A stretch of 63,777 bases of DNA, filler included, from Octopus bimaculoides (lineage: Eukaryota): assembly GCF_001194135.2 (NCBI RefSeq). It is 11 parts of 9 records of this genome, joined end to end, with 100 filler letters (N's around TTAATTAATTAA, not from the genome) between each part and the next. Parts side by side here need not be neighbours in the genome. Positions count along the whole stretch, not along the records: positions 1 to 11,975 come from NC_068994.1; positions 12,076 to 20,523 come from NC_069006.1; 9 more parts are not named here. One strand, 5' to 3'. The notes beneath the pieces are model-generated. The model did not search any database. It was not told the origin of the DNA and saw only the letters and a list, made by a program, of their open reading frames with translations. Positions 1 through 13,110 of this stretch are shown here, in pieces (the first letter of the stretch is position 1; every line of letters starts with the position of its first letter). The position numbers and the translations under genes are program-made.

Positions 1-30
1 TAATATGTATGCTTTATATAATACATATTA

Positions 31-332
31 ATATTCTCTTGTGTCTGGGGAGAGTCATTCTCTTTTAGTGCCTTATAATTTAACACACTCACCTGTAAAA
101 TTACCACTTATTTCTTATTTTTATTTTCCTAAAATTTTCGTTGAAAAGGTCGCAAGACACAGCGAAAATTTTAGGAAGATAAAAATAAGAAATAAGTGGG
201 AATTTTACCGGTGAGTGTGTTAAATTATAAGGCACAAAAAGAAAATGACTCTCCCCAGACACAACAGAATATACTTCAACACACGTACTCACATAAAGAA
301 ACTTGCAAACCAAATCCAAAAACGCAATATAT
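31..332. mobile_element. Palindromic (foldback/MITE-like) element, family A
   Basis: 31-143 is the near-perfect reverse complement of 160-272 (TGTGTCTGGGGAGAGTCATT... / ...AATGACTCTCCCCAGACACA) around a 16-nt loop. A second copy lies at 41613-41940 on another scaffold. Confidence 0.8.
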
Positions 333-1020
333 TAATATATATCATATATTTATACCTACACACACGCGCACAAATCGGATGCGAAGTTATATGACTCATT
401 TGTCTGTCTGTGTATGTACACACTTATACAACAGAAGCAGCTTATCATAAAAACATTACAAGTTCCCAAATGTTATCAGCGAGATTATTCAATAGGTTTG
501 TCACTAAAGGGATAATAAGTAGCTTTCTGTGCATGCACTTCAAGAACAGGCTTGGCGCACAGGGAGCTTCCTGCAAAATTTGACCCTGTCTGTCACTGTT
601 AGTTACAATTTTCGAAGGGTTGTACTACACACGACAAATTAATTGGAAAAGGACCTGTGAACAAGCTCCTAGGAGCTTCAACACGGAAACCATCCAGTAA
701 TCCAATAATTTTATATGCACCATCGTTTTAATCAAAGAAGTAGTCCTTCATATGTTGAATAAGACAGTGATGGGCATGGCTATAAAATCTTTAATCATAC
801 GTCTGCTCAATCAAATTCCGTGAAAATGTGAACTAAACAGTAATACAAGATACATTCAGCACAGGGGCTAGTCTTTGTTGTGGTGTGGCGACTTATGAGT
901 CTCAATGACCCTCAGAGCTATGTTAGTAGAGCACTAGCTGTTGTCAGGACCTCCCAAGCAGAACAGATCAGAGGATCGAGGCCACACTAAACTAATATAA
1001 ACCACCTTTTCCCTGAAGTA

Positions 1021-1086
1021 ACACCCCTACCTAGAAAAATAAACACCCCTACCTAGAAAAATAAACACCCCTACCTAGAAAAATAA
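1021..1086 (+). repeat. 22-bp minisatellite x3
   Basis: ACACCCCTACCTAGAAAAATAA starts at 1021, 1043 and 1065. Confidence 0.95.
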
Positions 1087-1595
1087 AAGAAAGAGTTACT
1101 GAAATATCAACGATAATTCAAAGCCAACAAGACTTAGCAGAGGAAAAAGTATCCCAGAGTGGTGTACGGTGAAGAAAAGCTGTCAATGGCCAATGTTTCA
1201 TACGAACAACAAAATGCTGAATTAGGGAGCGAAATATTTGATGTCAATGAAAACAGAGAAGATCGCTCAAAAGGGGACAAAATCAACAGAGCCGACATCA
1301 GTAGTTGATAATGGCAAGAAAAAGGAAAAGTTATGTGGGTAGGTAACATGGAAGACCAAAATAGATAATGAATGCCATATACTGATACAAAGAATATATG
1401 TCCCTGAAGATGTAGAAGAAGAAGACTGAGGATTGTAAAATATGTGATGAGGCCAAGAATCAAAATACGGGGTCGTCTTCATGTGACGGTACTTCTTTCA
1501 CTTCAAAAAGCAGGAGAGGTGAAGGGAAATCAACTGTCATAGTATTCAGTCTCGACTATTTCTACCATTCAGTTGTCCCCACCAAAAGCATGCAG

Positions 1596-1637
<42 letters not shown>

Positions 1638-1941
1638 CTACATAAATAATACTTTTATAAACAAACCCGAAAGGCTTTGCGAGTTACGAAGAGAAAGCTA
1701 CTATGGAAGGCTCATAGTATAATAACTGTACAATAACTGTATGTAATATATATCGTAATGATATTTATTCTCCGATTTTGAAGCAACAATTTTTAAATAT
1801 AAACAAATGACCGAAAAATGATGAGCTAACCTCAGGCAGAATCGGAGAATAAATATCATTATGATAATTATTATAAACATTTATTGTACAGTTATATATA
1901 TGTATGTATATATATATATACTATGTATGTATGTATGTATG

Positions 1942-1976
<35 letters not shown>

Positions 1977-2303
1977 AAACATGCATACATACATATGTAT
2001 GTTTATGTACAAATAGACACAAACACGCACAAGGTCTATCTCTCCATATATTTCTTTCTTAGTCTATCACTGACTCCTGCCGAATACGCACGTGCGTATA
2101 CAAGCATGCACGCACACTCACACACACAACCATATATCCGTCAAACTCTGCTCTGATGTCATCAACAAGAAACAAATTTAGCATTGAGGTTGGTATAGAA
2201 ATGTGATATACAGTAATATCTGCAGGTAGGTTCAGCAAAATTCGAATTAGTTATGATACATATAACTCAACCTGTATACATACATATACGTGTATGTATA
2301 TGT

Positions 2304-2334
<31 letters not shown>

Positions 2335-4793
2335 TATATATATATATATATATATATAAACAAACATACATGTGCATACATTCACTTATATGAGATCACG
2401 TATGAACATATAGATGTGTGCGTGTGTGTATACATCTATATACATATGGATGTGTGTGTGAATATACATTGATACATGCATGTATAGATGTATATTCATA
2501 TACGAATATTATACTTATCTATTTATCTATCTATCTATCTATCTGTGTTTATACATATATATGTATATACATACATATATGTGTGTGTGTGTATATACAT
2601 ACATACATATATATATGCATATATACTCATATATAAATAAACGTATAAAAACACCCACATACACAAAATAATATAAATTAAAAGCAAAACAAATAGACTA
2701 CAATGCAATAACGAAAATATGACAAAAAAAACAAAAGAAAAAAAGTCCTATGTTTTCATTGAAGAGATGTGAACGAGAATTCAACGCCGTCGACGTGTAA
2801 AATAGAATGAAAATAATATAACAAAAAAACCCCCAGAAATTACTATGAATAAAATAAACAATAAGAACAAAAACAAACAATACAGCATCACTTCGCATGT
2901 CCATGAGAACTAATCCCTTCCTAGTATTTACACACACACACACACACACACACACTAGAGAAAGCACATAAATGCGAAACAAGATGGACGAAATAGTACT
3001 CGAATACCAGAGGTAGAGTAATATGCCTTTTTTTTGTATAATAAATGCTGCAAAAACATCACAAAAACTGCTACTCAGCATTTCAAGTTTCCGTTCATCA
3101 GGCAGTTGTGATCAAGGTTCTCGTAATACAGAATTTCATATCTGTATATGAACTTATATATATATATATATATATGTACACACACATACACACAGAGATT
3201 ATTTGCAGATTTTCTGTAGAATTCAGAAACAGTACTGAAAGTTAAGATGTTTTCTATCTGAATATGTTAATACAAACAATGTGATCAAAGATAAGCAATG
3301 GTTGTATATAGATATTTTAGGACCTGTTGCTCTTTCATCAGTATATGCCCATTACCTTATTTTTCTAACTTTGACTGCATTGTTTATATAGACTTATACA
3401 TACATATATATGTATGTATGGATATGCATATATATATATATATATATANNNNNNNNNNNNNNNNNNNNNNNNNNNNNNNNNNNNNNNNNNNNNNNNNNNN
3501 NNNNNNNNNNNNNNNNNNNNNNNNNNNNNNNNNNNNNNNNNNNNNNNNNNNNNNNNNNNNNNNNNNNNNNNNNNNNNNNNNNNNNNNNNNNNNNNNNNNN
3601 NNNNNNNNNNNNNNNNNNNNNNNNNNNNNNNNNNNNNNNNNNNNNNNNNNNNNNNNNNNNNNNNNNNNNNNNNNNNNNNNNNNNNNNNNNNNNNNNNNNN
3701 NNNNNNNNNNNNNNNNNNNNNNNNNNNNNNNNNNNNNNNNNNNNNNNNNNNNNNNNNNNNNNNNNNNNNNNNNNNNNNNNNNNNNNNNNNNNNNNNNNNN
3801 NNNNNNNNNNNNNNNNNNNNNNNNNNNNNNNNNNNNNNNNNNNNNNNNNNNNNNNNNNNNNNNNNNNNNNNNNNNNNNNNNNNNNNNNNNNNNNNNNNNN
3901 NNNNNNNNNNNNNNNNNNNNNNNNNNNNNNNNNNNNNNNNNNNNNNNNNNNNNNNNNNNNNNNNNNNNNNNNNNNNNNNNNNNNNNNNNNNNNNNNNNNN
4001 NNNNNNNNNNNNNNNNNNNNNNNNNNNNNNNNNNNNNNNNNNNNNNNNNNNNNNNNNNNNNNNNNNNNNNNNNNNNNNNNNNNNNNNNNNNNNNNNNNNN
4101 NNNNNNNNNNNNNNNNNNNNNNNNNNNNNNNNNNNNNNNTATATATACATATGTGTGTGTGTGTGTGTTTGTGTGTGTTCAATCTTAATATTTTGTTGTT
4201 GTTGCTGCTGCTATGGTAACAACTGACTTCAATCATTAGCCCTATCAACTACCTGTGATGCCTCCTCCTTTAAGAAACCCACAATGTGAGACTAACGAAA
4301 CCACTAAGTGTTGCATGAAACCTTGATCCAAGCAGCCTTTCAATGTTTCTGTAAAGCCTTGTATATGTTATGTGTGTTTGTCTCTAGGAGTCTTCTAGAA
4401 CGAGCTTGTTCTGCTTTGGTCAGTCTGGACCCTCAATCACAACAGGTGTTACCAGACCATAGAATAGTAGATGGATGAGATGTGATTAGACAGCTAACAC
4501 TCACCAGAATGTCCTGTAACTTGCAGAGAACTATTTACTGCGAGGATGAGTGTGCGATGGGGGTAGTAATGGTGTCTCAGAGCAAGTGTGTGTTTTGCAA
4601 TATTGGATTTGTCTTCGTTTCTGTTCTAACCTGGTACCTGAGTGACACACAAGCTAAAGACATGTTTCTATGTTTGCACACACACGCACACACACATGTA
4701 CAAGTATATACATATGTACAATACTATATATTTTTGTAGATATATATAAATATATATTTATATATATATATATATATATACACATACTTATAC

Positions 4794-4830
<37 letters not shown>

Positions 4831-5175
4831 CTTNNNNNNNNNNNNNNNNNNNNNNNNNNNNNNNNNNNNNNNNNNNNNNNNNNNNNNNNNNNNNNNNNNN
4901 NNNNNNNNNNNNNNNNNNNNNNNNNNNNNNNNNNNNNNNNNNNNNNNNNNNNNNNNNNNNNNNNNNNNNNNNNNNNNNNNNNNNNNNNNNNNNNNNNNNN
5001 NNNNNNNNNNNNNNNNNNNNNNNNNNNNNNNNNNNNNNNNNNNNNNNNNNNNNNNNNNNNNNNNNNNNNNNNNNNNNNNNNNNTATATACATACATACAT
5101 ATATATAAAAACACACACATATATAAGTATATATAGATGCATAAATGTGTGTTTATATATGTATGTGCGTATGTA

Positions 5176-5213
<38 letters not shown>

Positions 5214-5470
5214 TGTGTGTGTATGTATGTATGTAAGCATAAGAATGTGTGCAGGCACGAACATGTTTTTGTGTGTGAATATGCATTTGTGTGTATGTGT
5301 GTGACTGTGTGTCTATATATATATGTGTGTGTGTATGTCTGTGTGCATATGTATGTATATGTGTGTGTGTGCGTATACATATAATATATATATATATATA
5401 TACAGATATATTAATACATATACATTTCTGACCATACATATATACATACATATTTAAGCATGCACACATA

Positions 5471-5545
<75 letters not shown>

Positions 5546-6345
5546 CATGTGTTTGTAATGCGCTATAAGCCTTATGTAAGCATTTATATGATTTGCACAT
5601 TTACACTTAAAAATTTGAAGGAACAGTCACGCACACACATGAACCTGCATGTACACATACCTATATATACATGTGTTGCATGCTTGTTTTGAGCTAAATG
5701 TTCATGAATGTGTGTGTGTGTGTGTGTGTGTGATTTAGTATGTGTGTTTGTGTGAGTTAATATGTGTATTTGTGTGTGTGTGTGTGTGCGTGTGCATATA
5801 GATATGTCTCTCAATATACATATATGTGTATGTTTCACATGAATAATAATATGTAAACATAAGAATGTGTTGCATGTAGGAACATGTTTTTGAATGTTCA
5901 CGTATGTATATATATATATGTATGTCATCATCTCCGTGTCTGTTTAGAAATATAGATGTGCGTGTTTGTGTGTATGTGTGTGACTGTGTCTGTGAGAATA
6001 CATTCAGCAATGGTTAGAATAACAGTCTCTGATGCTACCTCATCCGTAAAGATAAATTTAATCAGTCAATTAAAATTTATTAATCAAAAATTAAAATTAA
6101 TTTGAAATTAATTTCTAATTTCAAAAGTGAATTTTAAAATTTGAAATTAATTTCCCCAAAAATTAATTGCAATCTCAAATTGAAATTTGAAATTAATTTT
6201 TAAAAGAATTTTAATTAAATTAAAAATCAATTAATTAAATTAATTAATTAAGTTAATTAATTGTTTTTGTTTTGATTAACAAAATCAAAATCCAAATGAA
6301 AAAATTCTAAAACAATGAATAAACAAACAATAAAACAAGACCTAC

Positions 6346-6489
6346 CTCAGTGGTTCGTCGTCTTTGCGTTCACCATCTTTTCCAAGAATTTTCTTTAACT
6401 TGGCAGCCCGAGGGCAGCCCGACAGACTGCGGTGGGAGGAATAATTGCCCGTAATATGTCCTGAGCCGTCACAGCCTGGGGTGGGACAT
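6346..6489 (-). CDS. MYT1: Internal coding exon of a MYT1/MYT1L/ST18-family transcription factor (CCHHC zinc finger)
   Basis: Pyrimidine tract + TTAG| acceptor and AG|GTAGGT donor; 144 nt, phase 2-2. Translates to (x)[47 protein letters not shown](R), the canonical Myt1 C-x4-C-x4-H-x7-H-x5-C finger. Confidence 0.92.
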
Positions 6490-7299
6490 CTAACAAGAGG
6501 CCAAGACCAAACGGAAAGCAAACAGAAACATTGTCAATACATCGTAACAATGGCGGCATCATCAGCAGCAGCAGCATACAGCATCATCAGCAAATCAGCA
6601 GCAGCAAAGAAAACATCAACAGCAGCGAAAAAAATATAAAACATCAGCAACAAAAACCGATAGAGAGGTAGTTAAATAGAGGGAGAGAAAGGGACGGGGA
6701 AGAAGAAAGAAAGAGAGAAAGATAACGAAAAAATACAAAAAAAACACATAGAGAGAAAGAGAAACAGTAATGAGTATGTGTGCCAGAAGAGAAAGATAGA
6801 TATAGAGTGAGAGAGAGAAGAAAATAGAAAAATGAAAATGAAAGTAGAAAAGAGAGGAAAGTGAAAGTAGAAACGAGAGAAAGAAAGGCGTATACTTTGG
6901 TGGTGATGGGAGAGTAGAAGTGGAGTGGAGAATATAGGGTTAGCTATATGGGAGGAGTTGTTTGAGAGGGAAAAGGTTGACAATACTGGTGACATTATAA
7001 TACAACAATGACAACAACAATAACAACAATGAAATGAAGATTGGCACTTTATTTTCGATCTCTTGAAGGATGAAAGTGAAGTCATCCAGAGTGAGGTTTT
7101 ACTAAGGAATTTTAAACGACTGTGGGACTTTTTTCTGGCTGAGGTCAAATCTGCCTCTTGACCCTCTGGTGTTGATAAAACAAAGAAAGTACCAATCAAA
7201 TACTGAGCTTCATAGACCTAATTGTTTCCTTCGCTCAAAATTTCAGTCCTTCTGACTATATGACAAACTACAACAACAATAACAACATTAGCAATGATA

Positions 7300-7520
7300 A
7301 TATTGGTTTCAAATTTTGGCACAAGGTCAACAATTTCTGAGGAGTAGGTACATTGATTACATCGACCCTCAGTATTCAACTGGTACTCATCTTATCAACC
7401 CTGAAGGGGTGGAAGGCAAAGTTGACCTCAGTGGAATTTGAACTCAGAATGTAGTGATGTGCAAAATAGAGCTAAGCATTTCGTTCAGTGTGTTAACGAT
7501 ACTACCAGCTCACCACCTTA
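7300..7520 (-). mobile_element. SINE family 1 (AAGGCGGTGAGCTGGCAG... head), degenerate
   Basis: Matches the copy at 12936 on the reverse strand; the head abuts a (TAA)n tract. Confidence 0.75.
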
Positions 7521-7749
7521 CATAACAATGATAATAATAATAATTATTATTATTATAATAAATGCCTGGATGCAGTACCAGGCAGTGGCTCTCATGGCTC
7601 CTGGTCTTAAATGATTGAAAGTATTATCCTGTACTTTCAGATATTCTCATCTTAAAAATCATCTCTGGCTAATCATTGAGAGGGCATTGGTGTTGCCTTG
7701 GCAGAGGTTTGCACTGTTTGAGTGCTCTTATTACTATTAAGACTATTTC

Positions 7750-7915
7750 TTCTATAGGCACAAGGCCGGAAATTTTTCGGTGGAGAGCTAGTCAATAATA
7801 TTAAACCCTAAAATTGACCTTGGTGACATTTGAACCAAGAACGTAAAGATGGAACAAATGCTGCTAAACACTTTGCCTGGTGTGCTAATAACTGTGCCAG
7901 CTCACTGCCTTAATA
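7750..7915 (-). mobile_element. SINE family 1, degenerate
   Basis: Same family; the head (..CACTGCCTTAATA) abuts (TAA)n at about 7918-7972. Confidence 0.75.
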
Positions 7916-7916
7916 T

Positions 7917-7972
<56 letters not shown>

Positions 7973-8165
7973 TTATTTTATTTCGAACCCGATGAAGACA
8001 CACGAGATGTCGAAATATTGTTGTTCAAAGTACCAATAAATAAGTTACTTTCGAGTTGGGTTTTTTGTCATTGAGTTGGCCGTAGTGATGGATTACGTCA
8101 GCTATGTTTACCTTAGTGACGGAATTTGGCAATCGTATACAAAAGTTAAGAACTCATCTATCTTC

Positions 8166-8201
<36 letters not shown>

Positions 8202-8505
8202 TAACAATTGTTTCTAGCATAGACACAAGGCTGGAAACTTTAGGTGTGAAGTGGATTAGTATAGTAATATATTTAGAAACACTAATGTTAGGTGAAATTT
8301 CTCAACACTTGAAATACATTTTGTAACAATTATCAATCATCTACACGCATGCGTGCGTATACATGTGTGTTTGTGTATGTGTGTGCGTGTGGCTTTACAC
8401 TATTTGTATAGGGATTATTTCCAGCTGATTTATCTCCCTTTAAACAATTGTAATTATCTCCCTTCTATCTGACAGCTTTTATGCATACATACAAACATAC
8501 ATTAT

Positions 8506-8700
8506 CCTTTTACTTGTTTCAGTCATTTGACTGTGGCCATTCTGGAGCACCACCTTTTTAGTCGAGCAAATCCACCCCAGGACTTATTCTTTGTAAGCCT
8601 AGTACTTATTCTACCGGTCTCTTTTGCCGAACCGCTAGGTTACGGGGATGTAAACACACCAGCATCGGTTGTCAAGCGATGTTGAGGGGACAAACACAGA
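8506..8700 (-). mobile_element. SINE family 2, 3' half
   Basis: CAGTCATTTGACTGTGGCCAT..TTGTCAAGCGATG, homologous to 49978-50376. Confidence 0.85.
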
Positions 8701-8723
8701 CACACAAACATACACACACACAC

Positions 8724-8772
<49 letters not shown>

Positions 8773-9736
8773 GAGCGGGAGAGAGAGAGAAAGATTTATT
8801 TAAAAGGGATCCATTTTATATAAATATATATGTATATACACACACACATACATACATACCTAAATATATATATATATATACATATGTTTTGTCCACCATG
8901 GAAAATAAAAAAGCTGGATGTATAAAAATTCATTACATATGTACACATGTGTATATATCTATATACACTTCGTGTGTGTGTGTGTGCATCTACCTACCTA
9001 CCTACCTACATGCACACACACACTCAACATACATGCATGCATGCATACATACATACATACACACATACATAGCAGAAGCAACAATGTGGCTGACACTCTC
9101 TTGCTAATTATAATTAAAAATATAATTTGAGTTCTGATTTTCCTGTTTGTACCAACATACCCACATAAATACATATAAATCTTATTGTCTGTCTGTCTGT
9201 CTGTCTGTCTATATATATNNNNNNNNNNNNNNNNNNNNNNNNNNNNNNNNNNNNNNNNNNNNNNNNNNNNNNNNNNNNNNNNNNNNNNNNNNNNNNNNNN
9301 NNNNNNNNNNNNNNNNNNNNNNNNNNNNNNNNNNNNNNNNNNNNNNNNNNNNNNNNNNNNNNNNNNNNNNNNNNNNNNNNNNNNNNNNNNNNNNNNNNNN
9401 NNNNNNNNNNNNNNNNNNNNNNNNNNNNNNNNNNNNNNNNNNNNNNNNNNNNNNNNNNNNNNNNNNNNNNNNNNNNNNNNNNNNNNNNNNNNNNNNNNNN
9501 NNNNNNNNNNNNNNNNNNNNNNNNNNNNNNNNNNNNNNNNNNNNNNNNNNNNNNNNNNNNNNNNNNNNAAATATATATATATAAATAACGACAGCATAAT
9601 ACATTTGTGTATGTGTGTGTGTGTGCATGGCACTATGCACACCGAATGCATTAAAACCAAGAGCAACAACATTTAACCAATCAACATGCATCTCAAATTA
9701 ACATCCAATTTAAGGCAAACATAGCAACAAAATTGA

Positions 9737-9773
<37 letters not shown>

Positions 9774-9789
9774 GTAACAATAACGATAA

Positions 9790-9995
9790 TAATAATCCTT
9801 TCTACTGTAGGCACTAAGGATGAAATATGTGGGGATGGTGGGAATCAATTACCTCGACCCCAGTACTTAAAAGGATAAAAAAGAAAGCAAAGTCGTCTAC
9901 AACAGAATTTGAACTCAAAACGTAAAGGCAGAAAAATGCCACGAAGCATTTTGTCTGTCATGCTAAAAAACTCTGCCAGCTCATTGTCTTTATTT
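9790..9995 (-). mobile_element. SINE family 1 flanked by (TAA)n on both sides
   Basis: Family homology; TAA tracts at about 9740-9795 and 9995-10020. Confidence 0.75.
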
Positions 9996-11911
9996 AATAA
10001 TAATAATAATAATAATAATAAAGATGGTGATGATGGTTATGTTTGGAAATTTTGCCATATGGTCAGTAATTTTACTCGGTCTGTGATACTTGATTACATT
10101 GACTGTAGTATCACTTGGTACATATCTTATCGATCCATCCACAGAAAAAAAAAATCAATGAAAGGCACAAAGTCTACCACATGAGAATCTGACCTCAGAA
10201 CATAAAGTACTGTAAGAAATATATATATATATATATATATATTTATATTTGTCAGGTAGTTTTTCATTGGTTAGGACATATAACCTATCAGAAAGTACTA
10301 ATGGTTACATGCCAACTACTGCACTTGACAATTCAATAATTCTTCAAACATGCTGACCAGAAGCACATGGACTCTTTTATGCAGAGGTCTGTTCAATGAT
10401 AATAGTGTGGAACAAAAAGGGTGATGAAAAGCTATATTTTCCAGGAGGAAAAGAAGGATTGTCTCACTTGGTAAGAAGTCAGCTATGGCCAAAGGGGATC
10501 AGCTATGTTTGCATATGTTTTCCTTTCTCGAAAAGGAGATGACCATGTTGCCAAAACGCATTTTCTGTCAGGTGGGCAGTGACTAAATATTTCAGTCTTT
10601 GTGTTCAAGAAGGAACTAGATCATGTGAATTCTTAAAAATTATTCTTGCAGCCAAGCAAAGCTTGCAACACTTACCATATTTTAATGTATATAAGAAACC
10701 CACATGTATAAGGAACACCCTAATTTTGGGGGCTTCAAATTTGTGGAAAAAGGTTTTGTAAGGGATTATAATACTATCCATGTATGAGAAATACCCATAT
10801 TATTTTAACCTATTTAAAAAAAAAAAAAAGGATTCCTTATACACATTAAAATACAGTGCTTCTATTCAGGAATGACTCAGGTTGATTTTGTACAGTATGC
10901 TTTCATCTTCTAACAGCCGTATATAGCTGGCCAATGTTATAACATTGTACTTCCACTGAAGGCTAAAAGAGGGCTTGTGATTATTTAGTCTGGCTTTAAA
11001 CATCAAATTCCTATGATGGTTCACCAGAATTAAATGGTAATCAAATGGGGTCATAGGTAAAAAATGGCTGAGTATGACTGATTTAAAAGGTGGGATAATG
11101 CCAAGCGTTTGGCATGAATATTTCTAAGGACGTTGTGTAATATGAGCGTTTGGAGATAGAATATAAATAAAACAAAAATCTATAAGAAAAATAGGTAAAA
11201 AATATCCTAAAAAACCATGAAAATACTTTGGACATATTTTCTATACCATTTTGTTTTAAGACAAGCATTGACCAAAAAATCAAACAAAGAAAAAAAAACA
11301 ACATCATCATCATCAATAATATAATTTAATATAATTATAACATCTACACAGAAAAGAAATAATGGCAGCGTTAGAAGCAACACAAGCATAAACAACAAGA
11401 ACAACAACAACAACAACGTCGTCTAGCCTGTTCAGCGAGTGTTTACTGAAGGAGTGAGGCTAAATGTTTAGAACAACAACACAACAACAACAACAGTAAC
11501 ACCAGCAACATCAATATCACAAAGGAATACAGAAAGGGAGAAGGAAATGGAAAAAACATAGGGGCAGCAGTGGGGGAGCAGAGTTATAGAAAGGTTGCAG
11601 TGGGGGCTGGAAGGAATTATTAGTTTAGAAATGGTAACATCAGATAGGATGTTTGGTCACAGTTGTCTGCTCCTTGACATTTTACTAATAACAACGCAAC
11701 CAGCCTGTTAATCTGTGGAATTGGTAAAATGAGACTTAAAGGAGTTGTGATGTAAGCATTTACTGCGGCTGGTTGCCTAGTTACTACAAAACAAATGTCA
11801 AAAATTGGTTACTTGCTCTTTCTGTGAAGACAACCGGGTCGGAAAACCCATCAAGTGGGATGCTTAGCAGGTGTTGATATTTTAAATTGCAGGAGTAGTT
11901 GATATGATAAC

Positions 11912-11943
<32 letters not shown>

Positions 11944-11975
11944 ATATATGCATGTACATATACATATATATATAT

Positions 11976-12075
11976 NNNNNNNNNNNNNNNNNNNNNNNNN
12001 NNNNNNNNNNNNNNNNNNNTTAATTAATTAANNNNNNNNNNNNNNNNNNNNNNNNNNNNNNNNNNNNNNNNNNNN
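11976..12075. other. Artificial scaffold-joining spacer (44N-TTAATTAATTAA-44N), first of 10
   Basis: Identical 100-bp spacers at 11976, 20524, 26531, 33454, 39887, 41513, 46042, 48451, 60073 and 62158. The palindromic 12-mer gives TAA stops in all six frames. Confidence 0.97.
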
Positions 12076-12177
12076 CTTTATCAAAGGTTTTGTTGGAGCT
12101 CCTGGGGTCTTACATGCGTAGCGGGCTTACTATCTGCAGCCTACGGTACCATGTTATTCGTTCTTTTCAGCTATCTG

Positions 12178-12231
<54 letters not shown>

Positions 12232-12870
12232 TCGCCTTCCTTCTTGACTATTCGTGGATCAAAGGAGCATGCAACATCAACTATATAGTATATGTGGTGC
12301 ACCTTGTCCACCACCACTAATTCCGGTCTGTTATGCTCTAGCGTTTGGATCGGGAAATCCCAGAGGATTTGGCTAGTCCCTGACTCTACCACTCTCTGCG
12401 GTTTCTGCTCATACAACCTCTTGCCTCTCTCTAACCCCCACTTTTCGCAGTTTCCAGTGTGGCAGTTTCGCTACCTGGTCGTGTCGCCACACCTTGTAGT
12501 GGTTTTGGGCAACTCTAGGGCATTCGTTCGTGATATGGGTAATGGTTTCATCCATTCTATTGCAGATGCAGCATAATAGAGACACTTGCTCATTCCTAGG
12601 GTTGACCATCCAGTTCGTGGCCAGAGCTTGGTCCTGCGCTGCCAGTATAGTGCACCTGGTCTCTTTTTTTAGGGTCCCTTTCATTTGCCAACCCCACCTA
12701 TTTTTTGCAGCTACTTCTGTTGTGGCTACATGGAATTGATTGTGTAGACCCCTCTTGTGTAATTCTTCTTCATGTCCTTTTTGTACTTCTTCCTTTGTTT
12801 TCCCTTTTTTCTCTGCTCTCAATACTCCCTCGTTCCTAACTATTACTAGTTACTTTGGGTTAGATATCTC

Positions 12871-12871
<1 letters not shown>
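12076..12871 (-). mobile_element. R4/Dong-clade non-LTR retrotransposon fragment (CCHC knuckle + restriction-like endonuclease), decayed
   Basis: Two frameshifted ORFs read LHNQF..W..KGTLKKET..ILAAQDQALATN..CCICNRMDETITHITNEC..RHDQVAK..HW and ILWDFPIQT..HNRPELVVVDK..IVDVACSFDPRIVKKEGEKI, the typical R4/Dong C-terminal motifs. An (ATCT)n expansion sits at about 12172-12228. Confidence 0.85.
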
Positions 12872-12935
<64 letters not shown>

Positions 12936-12936
<1 letters not shown>

Positions 12937-13110
12937 GGCGGTGAGCTGGCAGAATCGTTAGCTTAGCGCTATATCGCCCGTCTTTACGTTCTGAGTTCAA
13001 ATTCCGCCGCGGTTGACTTTGCCTTTCATCCTTTCGGGGGTCGATAAAATAAGTACCAGTTACGCACTGGGGCCGATGTAATTGACTTACCCATCTACCG
13101 AAATTGAAAC
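12936..13110 (+). mobile_element. SINE family 1
   Basis: AAGGCGGTGAGCTGGCAGAATCGTTAGC..GAGTTCAAATTCCGCC (B-box-like)..GTCGATAAAATAAGTACCAG, directly after (ATT)n at 12871-12935. Confidence 0.85.

Noticed and set aside
3085-3110. Minus-strand CTGATGAACGGAAAC hammerhead-like words
   Set aside because: No stem II can form between the two core boxes.
4490-4650. Possible next MYT1 exon (minus-strand CTG|GTGAGT donor)
   Set aside because: All three frames from the nearest acceptor contain stops; no finger motif.
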